NCBI GenBank assembly: GCA_027251445.1
Contig: JAPNQO010000084.1
Location: 1-64,000 of the forward strand
DNA from: Fidelibacterota bacterium
GTDB lineage: Bacteria > Fidelibacterota > Marinisomatia > Marinisomatales > TCS55
DNA length: 64,000 nt
Reading direction: 5' to 3'
Part shown: one piece after another, positions 1 to 11,700 of the stretch
How positions within the stretch are numbered: position 1 is the stretch's first letter
Layout: every line of letters starts with the position of its first letter
Notes under the pieces: model-generated
The model's input: only the letters and a program-made list of their open reading frames with translations
What the model was told of the DNA's origin: nothing
The model's database searches: none
Program-made: the position numbers and the translations under genes

Positions 1-396
1 ATCTTGAACTATTCCTTCTAAACCCTTTAATGGACCACCAGCAACTATTACTTGATCTCCTTTGAAAAAGAAATCCGCTTGCTCGATCTTGAAACCACCA
101 TGTAAAATGTTTTTTATATTTTCAATAGTCTCATCATGAATAATAGAAATTTTTCCTTGAAATTTTACAATTTTATTTACTCCGATTGTTTGTAAAACAT
201 AAATATTTTCTTTTAATTCAATATTAGCAAATACATAACTACGAAAAAGGGGGAAATGAACCCATTTCTTTCTATCACTCCATTGTCTTCTTTCTTTAAA
301 CATTGGACAATAAGCTTCGATGTTTTTTTTATTCAGTTCATTAACTACTATTTGCTCATGTCGAGACTTTGTATAAACTGCTACCCATTTTGTCAT
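1..396 (-). CDS. UpxY/NusG-family transcription antiterminator (3' end runs off the window; absent from the ORF track)
   Basis: Manual translation from ATG at 396: MTKWVAVYTKSRHEQIVVNELNKKNIEAYCPMFKERRQWSDRKKWVHFPLFRSYVF...FFKGDQVIVAGGPLKGLEGIV. W-x-A-x-Y-T-K, QWSDRKK and PLF-x-SYVF are UpxY NGN motifs, followed by a KOW motif. ATGA overlap with the ddl stop. Confidence 0.9.
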   Translation of the reverse strand, partial: MTKWVAVYTKSRHEQIVVNELNKKNIEAYCPMFKERRQWSDRKKWVHFPLFRSYVFANIELKENIYVLQTIGVNKIVKFQGKISIIHDETIENIKNILHGGFKIEQADFFFKGDQVIVAGGPLKGLEGIVQD

Positions 397-1298
397 GAAT
401 TATTCCAAGCGTGTATAACTATTTTATCAATTAATTCATTAAATGAAATTCCTGCTGCTAAAGCTGATATTGGAGCTAGGCTGGTATCTGTCATTCCAGG
501 CAGTGTATTCATTTCTAAAAACCAAAATTTGTTTTGATCATCCATACGAAAATCAGCTCTTGAATAATTTTCACATTTTAACAAATCAAATAAATTTTCT
601 GATATTTTTTTAACATAATTACTAATGTTATCATCTATTTCAGCTGGACATATATATTTACTCATACCAGCCGTATACTTGCATTCATAATCATAAAATT
701 CATGTGAAGGTATGATCTCACATACTGGTTGCGCTTTACCATCGATGAGCATTACGGTTAATTCTCTACCTTGGATATACTCTTCAACTAAAACGCTATT
801 ATCATAATTAAATGCATACTCTAAGGCAGGTTTTAATTCGCTCTCATTATGTGCTATTCGTAGACCCACAGTGCTACCTTGGCCATTAGGCTTCACAATA
901 ACAGGGTAATTCATTTTAGCATCATCAATAACCGTATCGCATAACTTCCATTTTGGAGTCATAATGCCATTATTTTTAGCGATAATTTTACTAATATTTT
1001 TATCCATACATATAGCGGATGACAATGGACCTGATCCAGTATAAATTATACCTAAAGCATCAAGAAATCCTTGTATAGTTCCATTTTCTCCAATATTGCC
1101 ATGCAAACCTAAAAAAACCAAGTCTACGCTTAATAATTCTTTAACTAACTTTTCTAATTTTGTATCTAAAATGATACTTGTAACATCATAGCCGTTATGA
1201 TTTAATGCTTTTATTATTGCCTGCCCTGATTTCAGAGATACATCTTTTTCCTCTCCTGGCCCACCCATCAATACTGCAATTTTTTTAGGTTTATTCAT
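393..1298 (-). CDS. ddl: D-alanine--D-alanine ligase
   Basis: Motifs GG-x-GEEKDVSL, LHG-x-x-GENG, KP-x-x-x-GST, YDYECKY and EMNTLPGMT. Confidence 0.95.
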   Translation of the reverse strand: MNKPKKIAVLMGGPGEEKDVSLKSGQAIIKALNHNGYDVTSIILDTKLEKLVKELLSVDLVFLGLHGNIGENGTIQGFLDALGIIYTGSGPLSSAICMDKNISKIIAKNNGIMTPKWKLCDTVIDDAKMNYPVIVKPNGQGSTVGLRIAHNESELKPALEYAFNYDNSVLVEEYIQGRELTVMLIDGKAQPVCEIIPSHEFYDYECKYTAGMSKYICPAEIDDNISNYVKKISENLFDLLKCENYSRADFRMDDQNKFWFLEMNTLPGMTDTSLAPISALAAGISFNELIDKIVIHAWNNS

Positions 1299-1833
1299 TC
1301 AAGATCCAATCAGCTGCTTTTTTCAAATTATCTACTATTATAGTAGGATTAATATCCGGATTATCTGTTATTGTTTTTTCACCTCTACCAGTTAATACAA
1401 GTATAGTATCCATACCAAGATCTTTACCTACTTGAATATCATCTTTTGAATCACCAATCATTACTGAATTTTTTAATTCAATTTTATGATCTTTTGATGC
1501 TTCAAGAAACATACCAGGCCCAGGCTTCCTCCTATGAGTAGAATTATCAGGATGATCAATACAAAAATACACACCGAGCAAAGGAACTGAATTTTCCATA
1601 AATTTATTTTTAATGTAGTTGTGTATATTATTAAGGTCCTTAAGATTAATTAACCCTCTAGATACTCCAGATTGATTCGTAATAATGCAAAATCTATTCT
1701 TATTATTAGCTAAGCTTATTAGAGCATCAAAAGTAAAATCATAGAATTTAAATTGTTCTAATGAAGATATATAACCAGGGTCAGGGTTTATAGTTCCATC
1801 TCTATCAAGAAAAATTGTATTATATTTTTTCAA
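1291..1833 (-). CDS. gmhB: D-glycero-manno-heptose 1,7-bisphosphate phosphatase (HAD IIIA)
   Basis: Motifs FLDRDGTIN, TNQSG, RKP-x-PGM and MIGD. Confidence 0.88.
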   Translation of the reverse strand: MKKYNTIFLDRDGTINPDPGYISSLEQFKFYDFTFDALISLANNKNRFCIITNQSGVSRGLINLKDLNNIHNYIKNKFMENSVPLLGVYFCIDHPDNSTHRRKPGPGMFLEASKDHKIELKNSVMIGDSKDDIQVGKDLGMDTILVLTGRGEKTITDNPDINPTIIVDNLKKAADWILNE

Positions 1834-2840
1834 TTATTAATTATTTTTTTTTGATTTATATCTTTAATGCTAACTGAGCTATTTATAAAATACCATGCAC
1901 CAATAATTATAAAAGGTATTGTCCCAACAGCATGAATTAATATTGCTGAAGCTTGAGCATCTAACTGGTTAATTGCAAAAAAGCTTGTTAGTACATAAAC
2001 TACTGCAGCATGATACGTACCAACATATGCAGGAGCAGCTGGAATTGAAATAGCAAATGTGGTGGAAATTAACAATATACATACTTGATACCACTTAAGC
2101 GTTATTCCAGTTGACATAAGAGCATAATATGTTGATAAGCAATACATTGCCCAAATAACAATGGTGTAAAACAGAATTAACATAACTTTATTTGTTGATC
2201 TAATTGCTATAGCCCCACTAATTATTTTAGAAAAAAACGTAATAATTTTTAGTGCAGGATTTTTATTTAAATATTTCATTTTATCCATTTGAAATGGAAA
2301 TAATTTTTTTATTTCATTGAAATAGAATAAAAATGCAAAAGCACCTATAGATAGCGCTACGACTCCAATAATAATTTTATGATCTATCCATTCTGCTGGA
2401 TATGCAATAATTGCAAGGAGTATTAATAATGATAAACCAACAAAATCAAGAATCCTTTCAATCACTATTGTTCCAAATGCTGTTGGCGCGTTTAATGAGG
2501 TTTTTTCTGCCAAAATATATGCTCGCAAGAATTCACCCATCCTAAACGGAAGGACTGAGTTTCCAAAATAACCTATCATTATTGCTGAAAACCCTGGTTT
2601 AAATGAAATCTCATCTATGGGCTTAGCTAGGATTTGCCATCTTATAGTTCTTACTACATTACTAAATATTATTATGAATAACGCAAGGAACCCATAAAAT
2701 AAATCAACCTGCTTTATGATTGTCCATAATTGAGTAAAATCTATTCCTATAAAAGCATAGTATAATCCTACTGCGCTAATACAAATTCCAATAATTAATT
2801 TTACATACCTATTCACGTAGATCAATAATCTCTTCAGCAT
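1830..2840 (-). CDS. Lysylphosphatidylglycerol synthase TM / flippase-like membrane protein (UPF0104)
   Basis: Multi-TM; R-x-x-RW, N-x-x-LPFRMGE-x-x-R and ER-x-x-D motifs. Confidence 0.85.
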   Translation of the reverse strand: MLKRLLIYVNRYVKLIIGICISAVGLYYAFIGIDFTQLWTIIKQVDLFYGFLALFIIIFSNVVRTIRWQILAKPIDEISFKPGFSAIMIGYFGNSVLPFRMGEFLRAYILAEKTSLNAPTAFGTIVIERILDFVGLSLLILLAIIAYPAEWIDHKIIIGVVALSIGAFAFLFYFNEIKKLFPFQMDKMKYLNKNPALKIITFFSKIISGAIAIRSTNKVMLILFYTIVIWAMYCLSTYYALMSTGITLKWYQVCILLISTTFAISIPAAPAYVGTYHAAVVYVLTSFFAINQLDAQASAILIHAVGTIPFIIIGAWYFINSSVSIKDINQKKIINN

Positions 2841-3408
2841 TAGGATTAAATGATTGGAATAGAGATTCTTTTACAATAGGACTATAATTTGTTATTTCAA
2901 CCTCAATGAATTGATCCGGTCTTTCAGGATTATTACCAAAAGTAAATTTAATAGGTTCAAATAATTTTTGCTTAATCCAAATTTTCCCAGTGATATTAAA
3001 AGCATGCATGTTATAATCTAATTGAATCGATTCCCTGTTAGCTGTTGAATTACTTATAGTAAATCCAGAAAAATCACCTGATAAAAAGTCAAAAATACCG
3101 TAACCACCCTGTATCATTGTATCATATATTATTTTTCCATTATTAATCTTATAAAAGGTTATAATTTGATTATTATCAATTTTAATTGATTGTTGATCTG
3201 TATCTAAAAAAAATTGCCTATTGCCATGAAGCTCTATAATGCCAACCTGACTCCATGATTTATCTCCATCAACTTGTGACCATTTAATATCCATTCTTAC
3301 TCCATTATGATCTACAAGTGAACTAGATAAATAATCAAGATATTTCTGATTTGGGTCAATTTGTACTAGAGCAAACAATAATAAAATTGCCATTGGAAAA
3401 GAATACAT
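2809..3408 (-). CDS. LolA-like outer-membrane lipoprotein carrier protein
   Basis: Signal peptide, beta-rich, C-terminal 'EIIDLR' typical of FCB LolA; lies directly downstream of ftsK, the usual lolA position. Confidence 0.65.
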   Translation of the reverse strand: MYSFPMAILLLFALVQIDPNQKYLDYLSSSLVDHNGVRMDIKWSQVDGDKSWSQVGIIELHGNRQFFLDTDQQSIKIDNNQIITFYKINNGKIIYDTMIQGGYGIFDFLSGDFSGFTISNSTANRESIQLDYNMHAFNITGKIWIKQKLFEPIKFTFGNNPERPDQFIEVEITNYSPIVKESLFQSFNPNAEEIIDLRE

Positions 3409-3414
3409 AATTAA

Positions 3415-5838
3415 CTAATCATCAATCATCTCTAGATAGGTTTCATCAACCATAACTTCTCTAGCTTTACTTCCAGTAAATGGGCCTACAATACCTAATT
3501 GCTCCATACGATCAATTAACCTTGCTGCTCTTGAATATCCAACTTTCATTCGGCGCTGAATTAACGAAATTGACCCTTGCTGATGAATGACTACTAATTT
3601 TATTGCTTCATTCAATAATTCATCATCGACATCTGTACTATCACCCGAATCAGCATCGATAGTAGATTGCTCTCTAACTGATTCTAAAATCAATTCTTCC
3701 GATTTAGGTTGAGTTTGTATATGATCCATAATTGCTTCAACTTCATTGATTGAAAGAAATGCATTATGCAACCTAACAGGTTCGGAAGAACCAGAACCTA
3801 AATATAACATATCTCCTCTACCAATTAACTTTTCTGCACCCGGCATATCAATAATAGTTCTTGAATCAATCTTACTAGCAACTTGGAATGCTATTCTAGA
3901 TGGAAAATTTGCTTTAATTAGCCCTGTAATAACGTCTACTGACGGTCGTTGAGTAGCAATAACTAAATGAATACCTACTGCTCTTGCTAATTGAGCTAGA
4001 CGAGCTATAGGCTGTTCAACTTCTTTAGCATTTAACATCATTAAATCTGCTAATTCATCTACAACTACAACTATATACGGCATAATTTCTTCATTTGAGG
4101 CAACTTTTTTTGCATTAAACTCTTGAATATTTCTTACCACCGCATCGGCAAGAATATCATATCTTCTGCTCATTTCTTTTTCAACTGCACGTAAAGCTAA
4201 AGTAGCATTGTCAGGCTTTGTTACAATAGATTCTTCAAAATCCTCCATACCCAATAAATGGTAGCCTTTTAAAGATTTATAAAGGGTCATTTCAACTTTT
4301 TTTGGATCAATAATTACAAATTTTAGCTCATCAGGAGTTGAATTATAAAGTAAACTACATATAATAGTATTTAGACATACCGATTTCCCAGAGCCAGTAG
4401 TGCCAGCAATTAATAAATGAGGCATCTTCGCTAAATTCAACGTGGAAATCTCGCCAGAGGTAGTTTTACCAATGGCTAAAGTTAGTTCTCCATCAGATTC
4501 AGCAAATTTTTCTGAATTTATTATTGATCTGAAAAATACTGTATCTGGATTCATATTAGGTATTTCTATTCCTACAGATGACTTGCCAGGAATAGGAGCA
4601 ATAACACGAACACGGCTTGCTTCCATAACTCTGGCTAAATCATCAGATAACTGAACAAATTTATTTACCCTAACTCCCTCAGCAGGTTCAACTTCAAAAA
4701 GAGTTATGACTGGACCAGGACTAACATTAACTACTTTACCAACTACTCCAAAGGTTTCTAAACTTTGTGTTAAAAAGTTTGCTCGATCAACCAATTCATC
4801 TTTTGACATACCTTCTTGTATTTTAATTGGCATTTCTAATAAGTCGCTACTAGGGAGTTGGTATTTTCTCTTTGGCGCCTTTCTTTCTTCTAACTCATCA
4901 ATATTTACTTCTTGCTCCTTTACAACCTCACCAACTTCAATATCCTTCTGTTCATTTTCATCAAAAGACTGTTCTATATTTTCTTGGGTTTCTAATTCAT
5001 TGTTTGATTCTGATGCCTGTTGTGGATCTATAACATCATTTAAACCTTCATTAATGTTTTCAATTTCTTCTTCCTTATACGTATCCTCTCTGTCTACGTT
5101 TTCAACACTTTTATTTTCTTCACTATTTATTTCTTCATTATCAACTTCAATTTCATCATCTGTTCCATCTTGAATTACTTGCGATGATTCATGATATTGT
5201 TCTTCTTTTTGCTTTTCTTCAATCTTTTTTATCAAATCTTTTGTGTGTAATCTTTTTTCCTTTTCTGTCTTTTTCTCTGTAGAAATAATTTTACGATCTT
5301 CATTCTTCTTTTTAATAAGATTAATTAGAAAATTAAATGGGCTGTATAAACTCCAAGAAAAGTATCCTCGGATTATTATTAACCAACTAGTTATTACTAT
5401 TATTATTGAGCCTATAATGCCAAAAAAACTGGATAGAAAGTTTGCCAAATTTCCTCCAATTAGTCCGCTATAACTAAAATCAATTTGACCCTCATTAGAA
5501 ATACTAATTTCTAATATTCCTAGGCTTATAGATATTAATACCATCCCATAGAGCAGATATGCGCTTACCCTGCTTAAAGAAGATCTATCTTTATTACTAA
5601 AAAACCACCACCCCCAAACTATTCCTAAGAAAGGTAAGATATAAGAACTATAACCAAATGAAAACTTTATGAAAAAATAAGCAATAAATACACCTAATAT
5701 TCCCATGGGATTATCTACCTTTACATTTGGTGATATTCCGGGATCCTCGAATGAGCTATAGCCCATCATGCTAATAATCACCAGAGATGATATTGCTATG
5801 CATAATACCCCTAATATTTCAAATTTTCTTTCCTTCAT
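3415..5838 (-). CDS. ftsK: DNA translocase FtsK
   Basis: N-terminal TM domain, acidic linker, PHLLIAGTTGSGKS, ATQRPSVDVITG and C-terminal gamma domain (GYSRAARLID). Confidence 0.97.
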   Translation of the reverse strand: MKERKFEILGVLCIAISSLVIISMMGYSSFEDPGISPNVKVDNPMGILGVFIAYFFIKFSFGYSSYILPFLGIVWGWWFFSNKDRSSLSRVSAYLLYGMVLISISLGILEISISNEGQIDFSYSGLIGGNLANFLSSFFGIIGSIIIVITSWLIIIRGYFSWSLYSPFNFLINLIKKKNEDRKIISTEKKTEKEKRLHTKDLIKKIEEKQKEEQYHESSQVIQDGTDDEIEVDNEEINSEENKSVENVDREDTYKEEEIENINEGLNDVIDPQQASESNNELETQENIEQSFDENEQKDIEVGEVVKEQEVNIDELEERKAPKRKYQLPSSDLLEMPIKIQEGMSKDELVDRANFLTQSLETFGVVGKVVNVSPGPVITLFEVEPAEGVRVNKFVQLSDDLARVMEASRVRVIAPIPGKSSVGIEIPNMNPDTVFFRSIINSEKFAESDGELTLAIGKTTSGEISTLNLAKMPHLLIAGTTGSGKSVCLNTIICSLLYNSTPDELKFVIIDPKKVEMTLYKSLKGYHLLGMEDFEESIVTKPDNATLALRAVEKEMSRRYDILADAVVRNIQEFNAKKVASNEEIMPYIVVVVDELADLMMLNAKEVEQPIARLAQLARAVGIHLVIATQRPSVDVITGLIKANFPSRIAFQVASKIDSRTIIDMPGAEKLIGRGDMLYLGSGSSEPVRLHNAFLSINEVEAIMDHIQTQPKSEELILESVREQSTIDADSGDSTDVDDELLNEAIKLVVIHQQGSISLIQRRMKVGYSRAARLIDRMEQLGIVGPFTGSKAREVMVDETYLEMIDD

Positions 5839-5848
5839 AATATTTATC

Positions 5849-6940
5849 CTAATAAATAATGTTAACTGTACCTTTTTTATAGAATGGAGGATTAATAATT
5901 ACTCCGGGTTTGAGTGTAGATCTTATTTCAATATAAATTTCAGTTCCAGGAGAAGAATGTTCAATTTGAATATAACCGATACCAATACCTTTATTTAAAG
6001 AAGGTGATTGGGTTCCACTTGTTACTTTACCAACAACATTACCATCAACAATTATATTATAGTTATGCCTCGGTACAGCTCGATCCAACATTTCAAATGA
6101 AATACGGCTTCTATGAATCTTATTTTTTTCGATTAACAAAGCATCTCTTCCAATAAAATCTCCTTTATTAAATTTAGTAATCCAACCTAAGCCAGCTTCG
6201 ATAGGATTCGTAGATTTGCTTATATCCATTCCATAAAGTGCATAATTCATTTCTAATCGTAAAGTATCTCTTGCTCCTAATCCAATTGGCAAAATTTCAA
6301 ATGCTTCATAATTAAAAATAATTTCCCATAAAGAAATAATTGAATTATTATTGCCATATATTTCAAAACCAAGCTCACCTGTATAACCAGTCCTAGATAC
6401 AGTGATAGTATCGTTATTATATTTTTCTTGAATAAAATTATAATATTTTAATTTGCTTAGATCACATTCTAGTATTTCATTTAGCAAAGCTGCTGATTTA
6501 GGCCCCTGTATAGCAATTAAATTTAAATCATCGCTTATATCCTCAATAAAAACTTCATCATTCGAATTTTCCAACAACCAATTAAAATCATCTTTAATAT
6601 TAGCTGCATTCACAACCATCATAAAATATTCATTAAAACGATACAGTATTACATCATCTATTATGCCTCCATTACTTGTACACATAGCAGAATATTGCGC
6701 TTGCCCATTGGAAATTTTTTTTACGTCATTTACAGTTACTAATTGAAGAAAATTCTCCGCTCCTTTTCCATGAATTTTAAATTCTCCCATATGACTTACA
6801 TCAAAAACACCAGCTGTATTTCTAACAGCTTTATGCTCCTCAATAATTCCAGAATAAGACATAGGCATAGAGTACCCTGCAAAGGGAACCATTTTAGCGT
6901 TTAAAGAGATATGATTATCAAAGAGAGCCGTTCGTTTCAA
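5849..6940 (-). CDS. gcvT: Glycine cleavage system aminomethyltransferase T
   Basis: Motifs FDVSHMG, SRTGYTGELGFE and GLGARDTLRLE; TTG start. Confidence 0.95.
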   Translation of the reverse strand: MKRTALFDNHISLNAKMVPFAGYSMPMSYSGIIEEHKAVRNTAGVFDVSHMGEFKIHGKGAENFLQLVTVNDVKKISNGQAQYSAMCTSNGGIIDDVILYRFNEYFMMVVNAANIKDDFNWLLENSNDEVFIEDISDDLNLIAIQGPKSAALLNEILECDLSKLKYYNFIQEKYNNDTITVSRTGYTGELGFEIYGNNNSIISLWEIIFNYEAFEILPIGLGARDTLRLEMNYALYGMDISKSTNPIEAGLGWITKFNKGDFIGRDALLIEKNKIHRSRISFEMLDRAVPRHNYNIIVDGNVVGKVTSGTQSPSLNKGIGIGYIQIEHSSPGTEIYIEIRSTLKPGVIINPPFYKKGTVNIIY

Positions 6941-6959
6941 AATATAGATACCATAACAA

Positions 6960-7556
6960 TCATAGCTTTTTTAATGTCATTTTAATAATATTTTCCAGAT
7001 CTTCTTTAAGTATTTCTTTTGTTGCTATTTCTGAAACAGCTTTATCAATTGAACTTCTTTTATATCCGAGAGATAATAAAACTTTAATTACATCATCAAT
7101 TATATCTTTCTCAGTAGAATCTAATTGAAATCCTAAATCAACCGCTTGTCCACTATCAATAAATTTATCTTTTAATTCTATTATAATTCTTTTGGCAGTT
7201 TTAGCACCGATACCAGGAATTGAAGTCAGTGAACCTATATCACCATTAATTATGTTTTTCTTAAAACTATTTGGACTAGTTCCAGATAGAATATTTAAAG
7301 CAGATTTGGGTCCTATACCATTAATAGATGTTAACTGTTTAAATAAATACCTTTCGTTATCATCAATGAAACCATATAACTCCATAGCATCTTCACGAAC
7401 ATTAAAATATGTTAATAATTCGATGCTCGAATTAATTTCTTCTAATTTTTCATAAGTAGATAATGTAATATTTACACTGAGTCTAACTCCCCCAACATCT
7501 ATTATTGCTGTAGTTGGATCTTTCTTATGTAGTATTCCTTTTAGTGATTCAATCAA
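6960..7556 (-). CDS. ruvA: Holliday junction branch migration protein RuvA
   Basis: VREDA-x-x-LYGF, two HhH motifs (GIGPK, PGIGAKTA) and C-terminal LGY. Confidence 0.95.
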   Translation of the reverse strand: MIESLKGILHKKDPTTAIIDVGGVRLSVNITLSTYEKLEEINSSIELLTYFNVREDAMELYGFIDDNERYLFKQLTSINGIGPKSALNILSGTSPNSFKKNIINGDIGSLTSIPGIGAKTAKRIIIELKDKFIDSGQAVDLGFQLDSTEKDIIDDVIKVLLSLGYKRSSIDKAVSEIATKEILKEDLENIIKMTLKKL

Positions 7557-7559
7557 TAC

Positions 7560-8036
7560 TTATTCCATTTGATTTTGATTTAAGTAACATAATCCTATTG
7601 CTAGAGCATCTGAAGAATCCAAAGGAGTTGGAAGGCTTTCTAGTTGTAAAATATTCTTAACCATATATTGGACTTGTTCTTTACTGGCATTACCATTTCC
7701 AACCACTGACTTTTTAATTTTTTTAGGAGAAAACTCAATACATGAAATATTTGCAGAATAACTTGCAAGTATAATTGCTCCTCTTGCTTGCCCTAATGAC
7801 ATTGCAGATTTAAAGTTTTTTGAGTAGAAAGTATCTTCTACTGCTAGCATATTTGGTTTATACTTATTAAGTAATAAAGATATTTCATCATAAAGATATC
7901 CCAACCTTTCTGATAGCTGTTTATTCTTTGGTGGCCTGACTGTACCATAACTATGAGCAGTCAAATTATTGTTATTTTTATCAATTATACCGAAACCTGT
8001 CACAACAATTCCTGGATCTACTCCTATAACACGCAT
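7560..8036 (-). CDS. ruvC: Crossover junction endodeoxyribonuclease RuvC
   Basis: GVDPG, LGQARG, G-x-G-x-A-x-KEQV and D-x-x-DALA. Confidence 0.95.
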   Translation of the reverse strand: MRVIGVDPGIVVTGFGIIDKNNNNLTAHSYGTVRPPKNKQLSERLGYLYDEISLLLNKYKPNMLAVEDTFYSKNFKSAMSLGQARGAIILASYSANISCIEFSPKKIKKSVVGNGNASKEQVQYMVKNILQLESLPTPLDSSDALAIGLCYLNQNQME

Positions 8037-8038
8037 TT

Positions 8039-8764
8039 CTAATCTTCAAAATCTAAGTTAGTATAAACTGATTTAATATCTTCATGATCTTCAATAGCAT
8101 CTAATAGCACCATGGCTTTCTCTGATTGGTTTTTTTCAATTTTATGTAAATTCTTAGGCAACATTTCAACTTTTGCCGAATCTATACTATAACCATTACC
8201 CTCCAGCGCTGTTCTTATACTCATCATTTCAATTGGGTCTGTCTTAACTATAAAACTATCTTCATCTGAATCAAAATCCTCTGCTCCAGCATTAATAGAA
8301 TCCTCAAAAAGATTGTCTTCATTTTGACCTACTTTGGAAATTACAATTTGACCTTTTTTATCAAACATCCAGGATACACTTCCATTTTCTCCAAGGTTGC
8401 CTCCATATTTTGTGATAAGATGTCTAATTTCGGCTACAGTTCTATTTTTATTATCTGTTAATACTTCCATAAAGATCGCCACCCCTCCAGGCCCAAATCC
8501 TTCATATGTACATTCCTCATAGGTTACACCTGGAAGCTCACCAGTTCCCTTCATTATAGCTCTTTTAATGTTATCCTGGGGCATATTTGCATCTCGTGCG
8601 CTACTTACGGCTTGACGCAATCTAGGGTTAGAATCAGCGTCCCCTCCAGCCTCCTTTGCAGCAATAGTAATTTCTTTGATTAAAGTTGTAAATACTTTAC
8701 CACGCTTTGCGTCAACAGCAGCTTTTTTACGTTTTATTGTAGACCATTTACTATGACCAGACAT
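8039..8764 (-). CDS. yebC: YebC/PmpR family regulator
   Basis: MSGHSKW start (ATG at 8764), YEGFGPGG and TDNKNRT; yebC-ruvC-ruvA order. Confidence 0.95.
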   Translation of the reverse strand: MSGHSKWSTIKRKKAAVDAKRGKVFTTLIKEITIAAKEAGGDADSNPRLRQAVSSARDANMPQDNIKRAIMKGTGELPGVTYEECTYEGFGPGGVAIFMEVLTDNKNRTVAEIRHLITKYGGNLGENGSVSWMFDKKGQIVISKVGQNEDNLFEDSINAGAEDFDSDEDSFIVKTDPIEMMSIRTALEGNGYSIDSAKVEMLPKNLHKIEKNQSEKAMVLLDAIEDHEDIKSVYTNLDFED

Positions 8765-8779
8765 AAACGATATCAATCC

Positions 8780-11700
8780 TCAATCTAATTTTACTGAAAC
8801 AAGTTGAGATACACCTTTTTTCTCCATTGTAACACCATATAGAAAGTTAGCAGATTCCATCGTCAATTTATTATGTGTCACAACAATGAATTGGGTTTCA
8901 TTAGAAAAGTTATTTAGGACTCTAGTAAATTTTCTAATATTTACATCATCTAATGGTGCATCAACCTCATCAAGTATACAATATGGGCTTGGCTTTACTT
9001 GATATATAGAAAATAATAATGCAATAGCTGTTAAGGCTTTTTCGCCAGCTGATAATTGTCTAAGAGACTGGTTGCGCTTGCCAGGAGGCTGAGCATGGAT
9101 TCCAATATTTGCTTCTAAAGGATCCGGATCTCCTTCAAGCCTGAGCGAACCACGACCACCTTCAAAGAACATTGTAAATAATTTTTCAAAATTCTTACCT
9201 ATATCTTCAAAGGTTGTTTGAAATTTTTCTCTTGCTATTTTATCTATTTCTTGAATTGTATCTAATAAATTTTGTTCTGCTTTTATTAAATCATCTTTTT
9301 GGTCTTTTAACATCATCAAGCGTTCGCTCTCTTCCTCATGCTCAACTTGAACGGCCATATTTATTGGTCCTATGTTTTCAATACTTTTTTCAATCCTCTC
9401 TGTTGCAAGATTTAATTCATTTTCAGTTTGATCAACAATCATATCTTCAGGTATACTTGCATTATAACTTTCAAATATTCTTTCAGAAACAAAATTAATA
9501 CGCTGATCTAAATCCGCAACTTTCAACTCACAATTTTTCAATTCTTCAATTAAAGATTCTCTATTTTTTTGTTCTGATCTGATTTGCGCCTGCATTTCTT
9601 CAATAATTACATATGATTCATTTGCAGCTTCTTGCTTTAGGTTAAGAATAGACTCTTTTTTACTGACCATAGCATTTATATCAGATAATTTTTTTTCAGC
9701 AACAGAAACTAACTTTCTTAAATTCTTTTCACTCTCTTTAATATCTTTTATTTCATTTTTAATTTCAGACTCTCTGCTTACAAACTCTTTTATCGTTTCC
9801 ACAGCAGTAGACTCCTGAAAACTTATATTTTCTCTTTGACCTTCAAGGTTAAGATGATTTATTCTAGCATCCTGTAACTGTTGGCGAATCTCATCTCTTG
9901 AAGATTTAACTTTGAGTAATTCTTCATTATTGTTCTGAATTTCTTTCAAATATTTACTAAGTCTCCTCTCCTCTTTTTTTATAGTTGCTTTTAAAGATCT
10001 TCTTAAGATTGTTTGGCTTTTAACGTCTTTTTGATTCAATGAAATAATTGCATCTGAACCAGCAACAGATTCAGATAGTCCAGATCTTTGCATGTTAAGA
10101 TTATCTAAAGTGTTATCAATCTCAGAAAAAGATTTATTTAAATCATTTGAGTCTTTTTTTGAATTATTTATTATTTTTTCTTTTCTTTCTTTTGTATTAA
10201 TAATCTTATCTAATTCTTTCTTCAGATTATTATGCAATGACTTCTTTAGTTCAATTTTTTCTTTAATTTTATGTAATTGCTCTTTTCTTCCAACTAACCC
10301 TAAACTCTTTTTATTTGATGGTCGATCAATAATCATTCCTTTTATTAAAATAACGCCGTCCTGTCCAATCATATCAATACCTTTTAGACTACTATCAGCC
10401 ATTGCAAGCGTTACATCCTTCACTATAATAATATTACCTAAAAGAAAATCTACTAATGGTTTAAAATTTGAGGATACTTTTACTAAATCAATTGCACGAC
10501 TAATAACATTTTTATTCGATTTAACTGATTTACCAACTACCTTAACTTGAGGAATACTATCAAGAGGAATGACCATAATTCGTCCTGATTTTCGACTGCG
10601 AACCAATTCTAAAATATCAATTGCATTCTTTTGATTCTTAGTAATTATGCACTTTGCATATTCCCCAAGAGCTATTTCAATTGAAGCTACTATAGATTTA
10701 TCAATATTTATCAAATCACCAACAGTTCCTAAAGATCCTTTATATATCTTTTTATTATTTAAAACATCTCTTACGCCTTTTGGATATCCTTCTGCTCCAT
10801 TCACCAATTCTTGATAAAAAGAATGTTTTGATTCAAGAGCGTCAATAGCTGATAGCATCCTATTTTTATTTGTTTCTATATCATATTTTTCTTTCTCTAG
10901 TTTTAATAGCTCTTCATCATTTTGGTCTAAAATAATTTTATTTTTATCTATCTTCTCAAGCAGGCCCTTCTTTTTTGATTGGTATTTTTTTATATCTTCT
11001 AGAATACCATCTAATTCTTTACGTGTTACACTGACTTTTTTATTGAGCTCTAAAGTATTTTGCTTCTTTTCATTAATTATTGCTTCTGCATTATCATACA
11101 TTGATTTTTTATCAGATAATTTTTTCTGATATTCCCAGCGCTTTTCCTTTATAATATCTAAATTTGATTGCATACTTATTAACTTATTATCAATACTATT
11201 AAACTCAATTTGTTTCTTCTTAAAAAGGTTTAAACAAGAATCTATTTTAGGCTTCAATTGCTTAATTGATTTTTGATAATCCGATAAATGACTATCAAGC
11301 TCTTTAGATTTTCTGGTATTTTTTTCCTGCTCTATATTTAAACGGTCTAAAGATATATGCGCAGAACGTGATTGTTCTTTCCATATTATAACATCACTTT
11401 GTAAAGATTCACGTTTCTCATTGTAGTCAGTTAATTGATTCCTATAATTATCTAATTCATCCTGTTGAGATTTATAACCTTTTTGTAAAGATACTAATTT
11501 TTTTTCAATATCAGATTCTTCAGACTGATTTGAATCCCGTAAGTGATTAAGTTCTTCAATACGTTTTTTGAGAGGATGCAAATCTGAGCGATAATTATGT
11601 GTTTGTAAGAAAGCTAATGAAATTTCTTTTGTTTTTAAATCATCTAGCAATTTTGAATGACGTTCAAAACGCTTTAACTGGAGTGAAAGAGATTTTACTT

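Noticed and set aside
256..537. 93-aa plus-strand ORF
   Set aside because: Antisense to UpxY and ddl, both of which have clear family motifs
3746..5998. Several plus-strand ORFs, including the Ser-rich 155-aa ORF at 4706-5173
   Set aside because: Shadow frames of ftsK; the Ser/Phe richness mirrors its Glu/Lys codons
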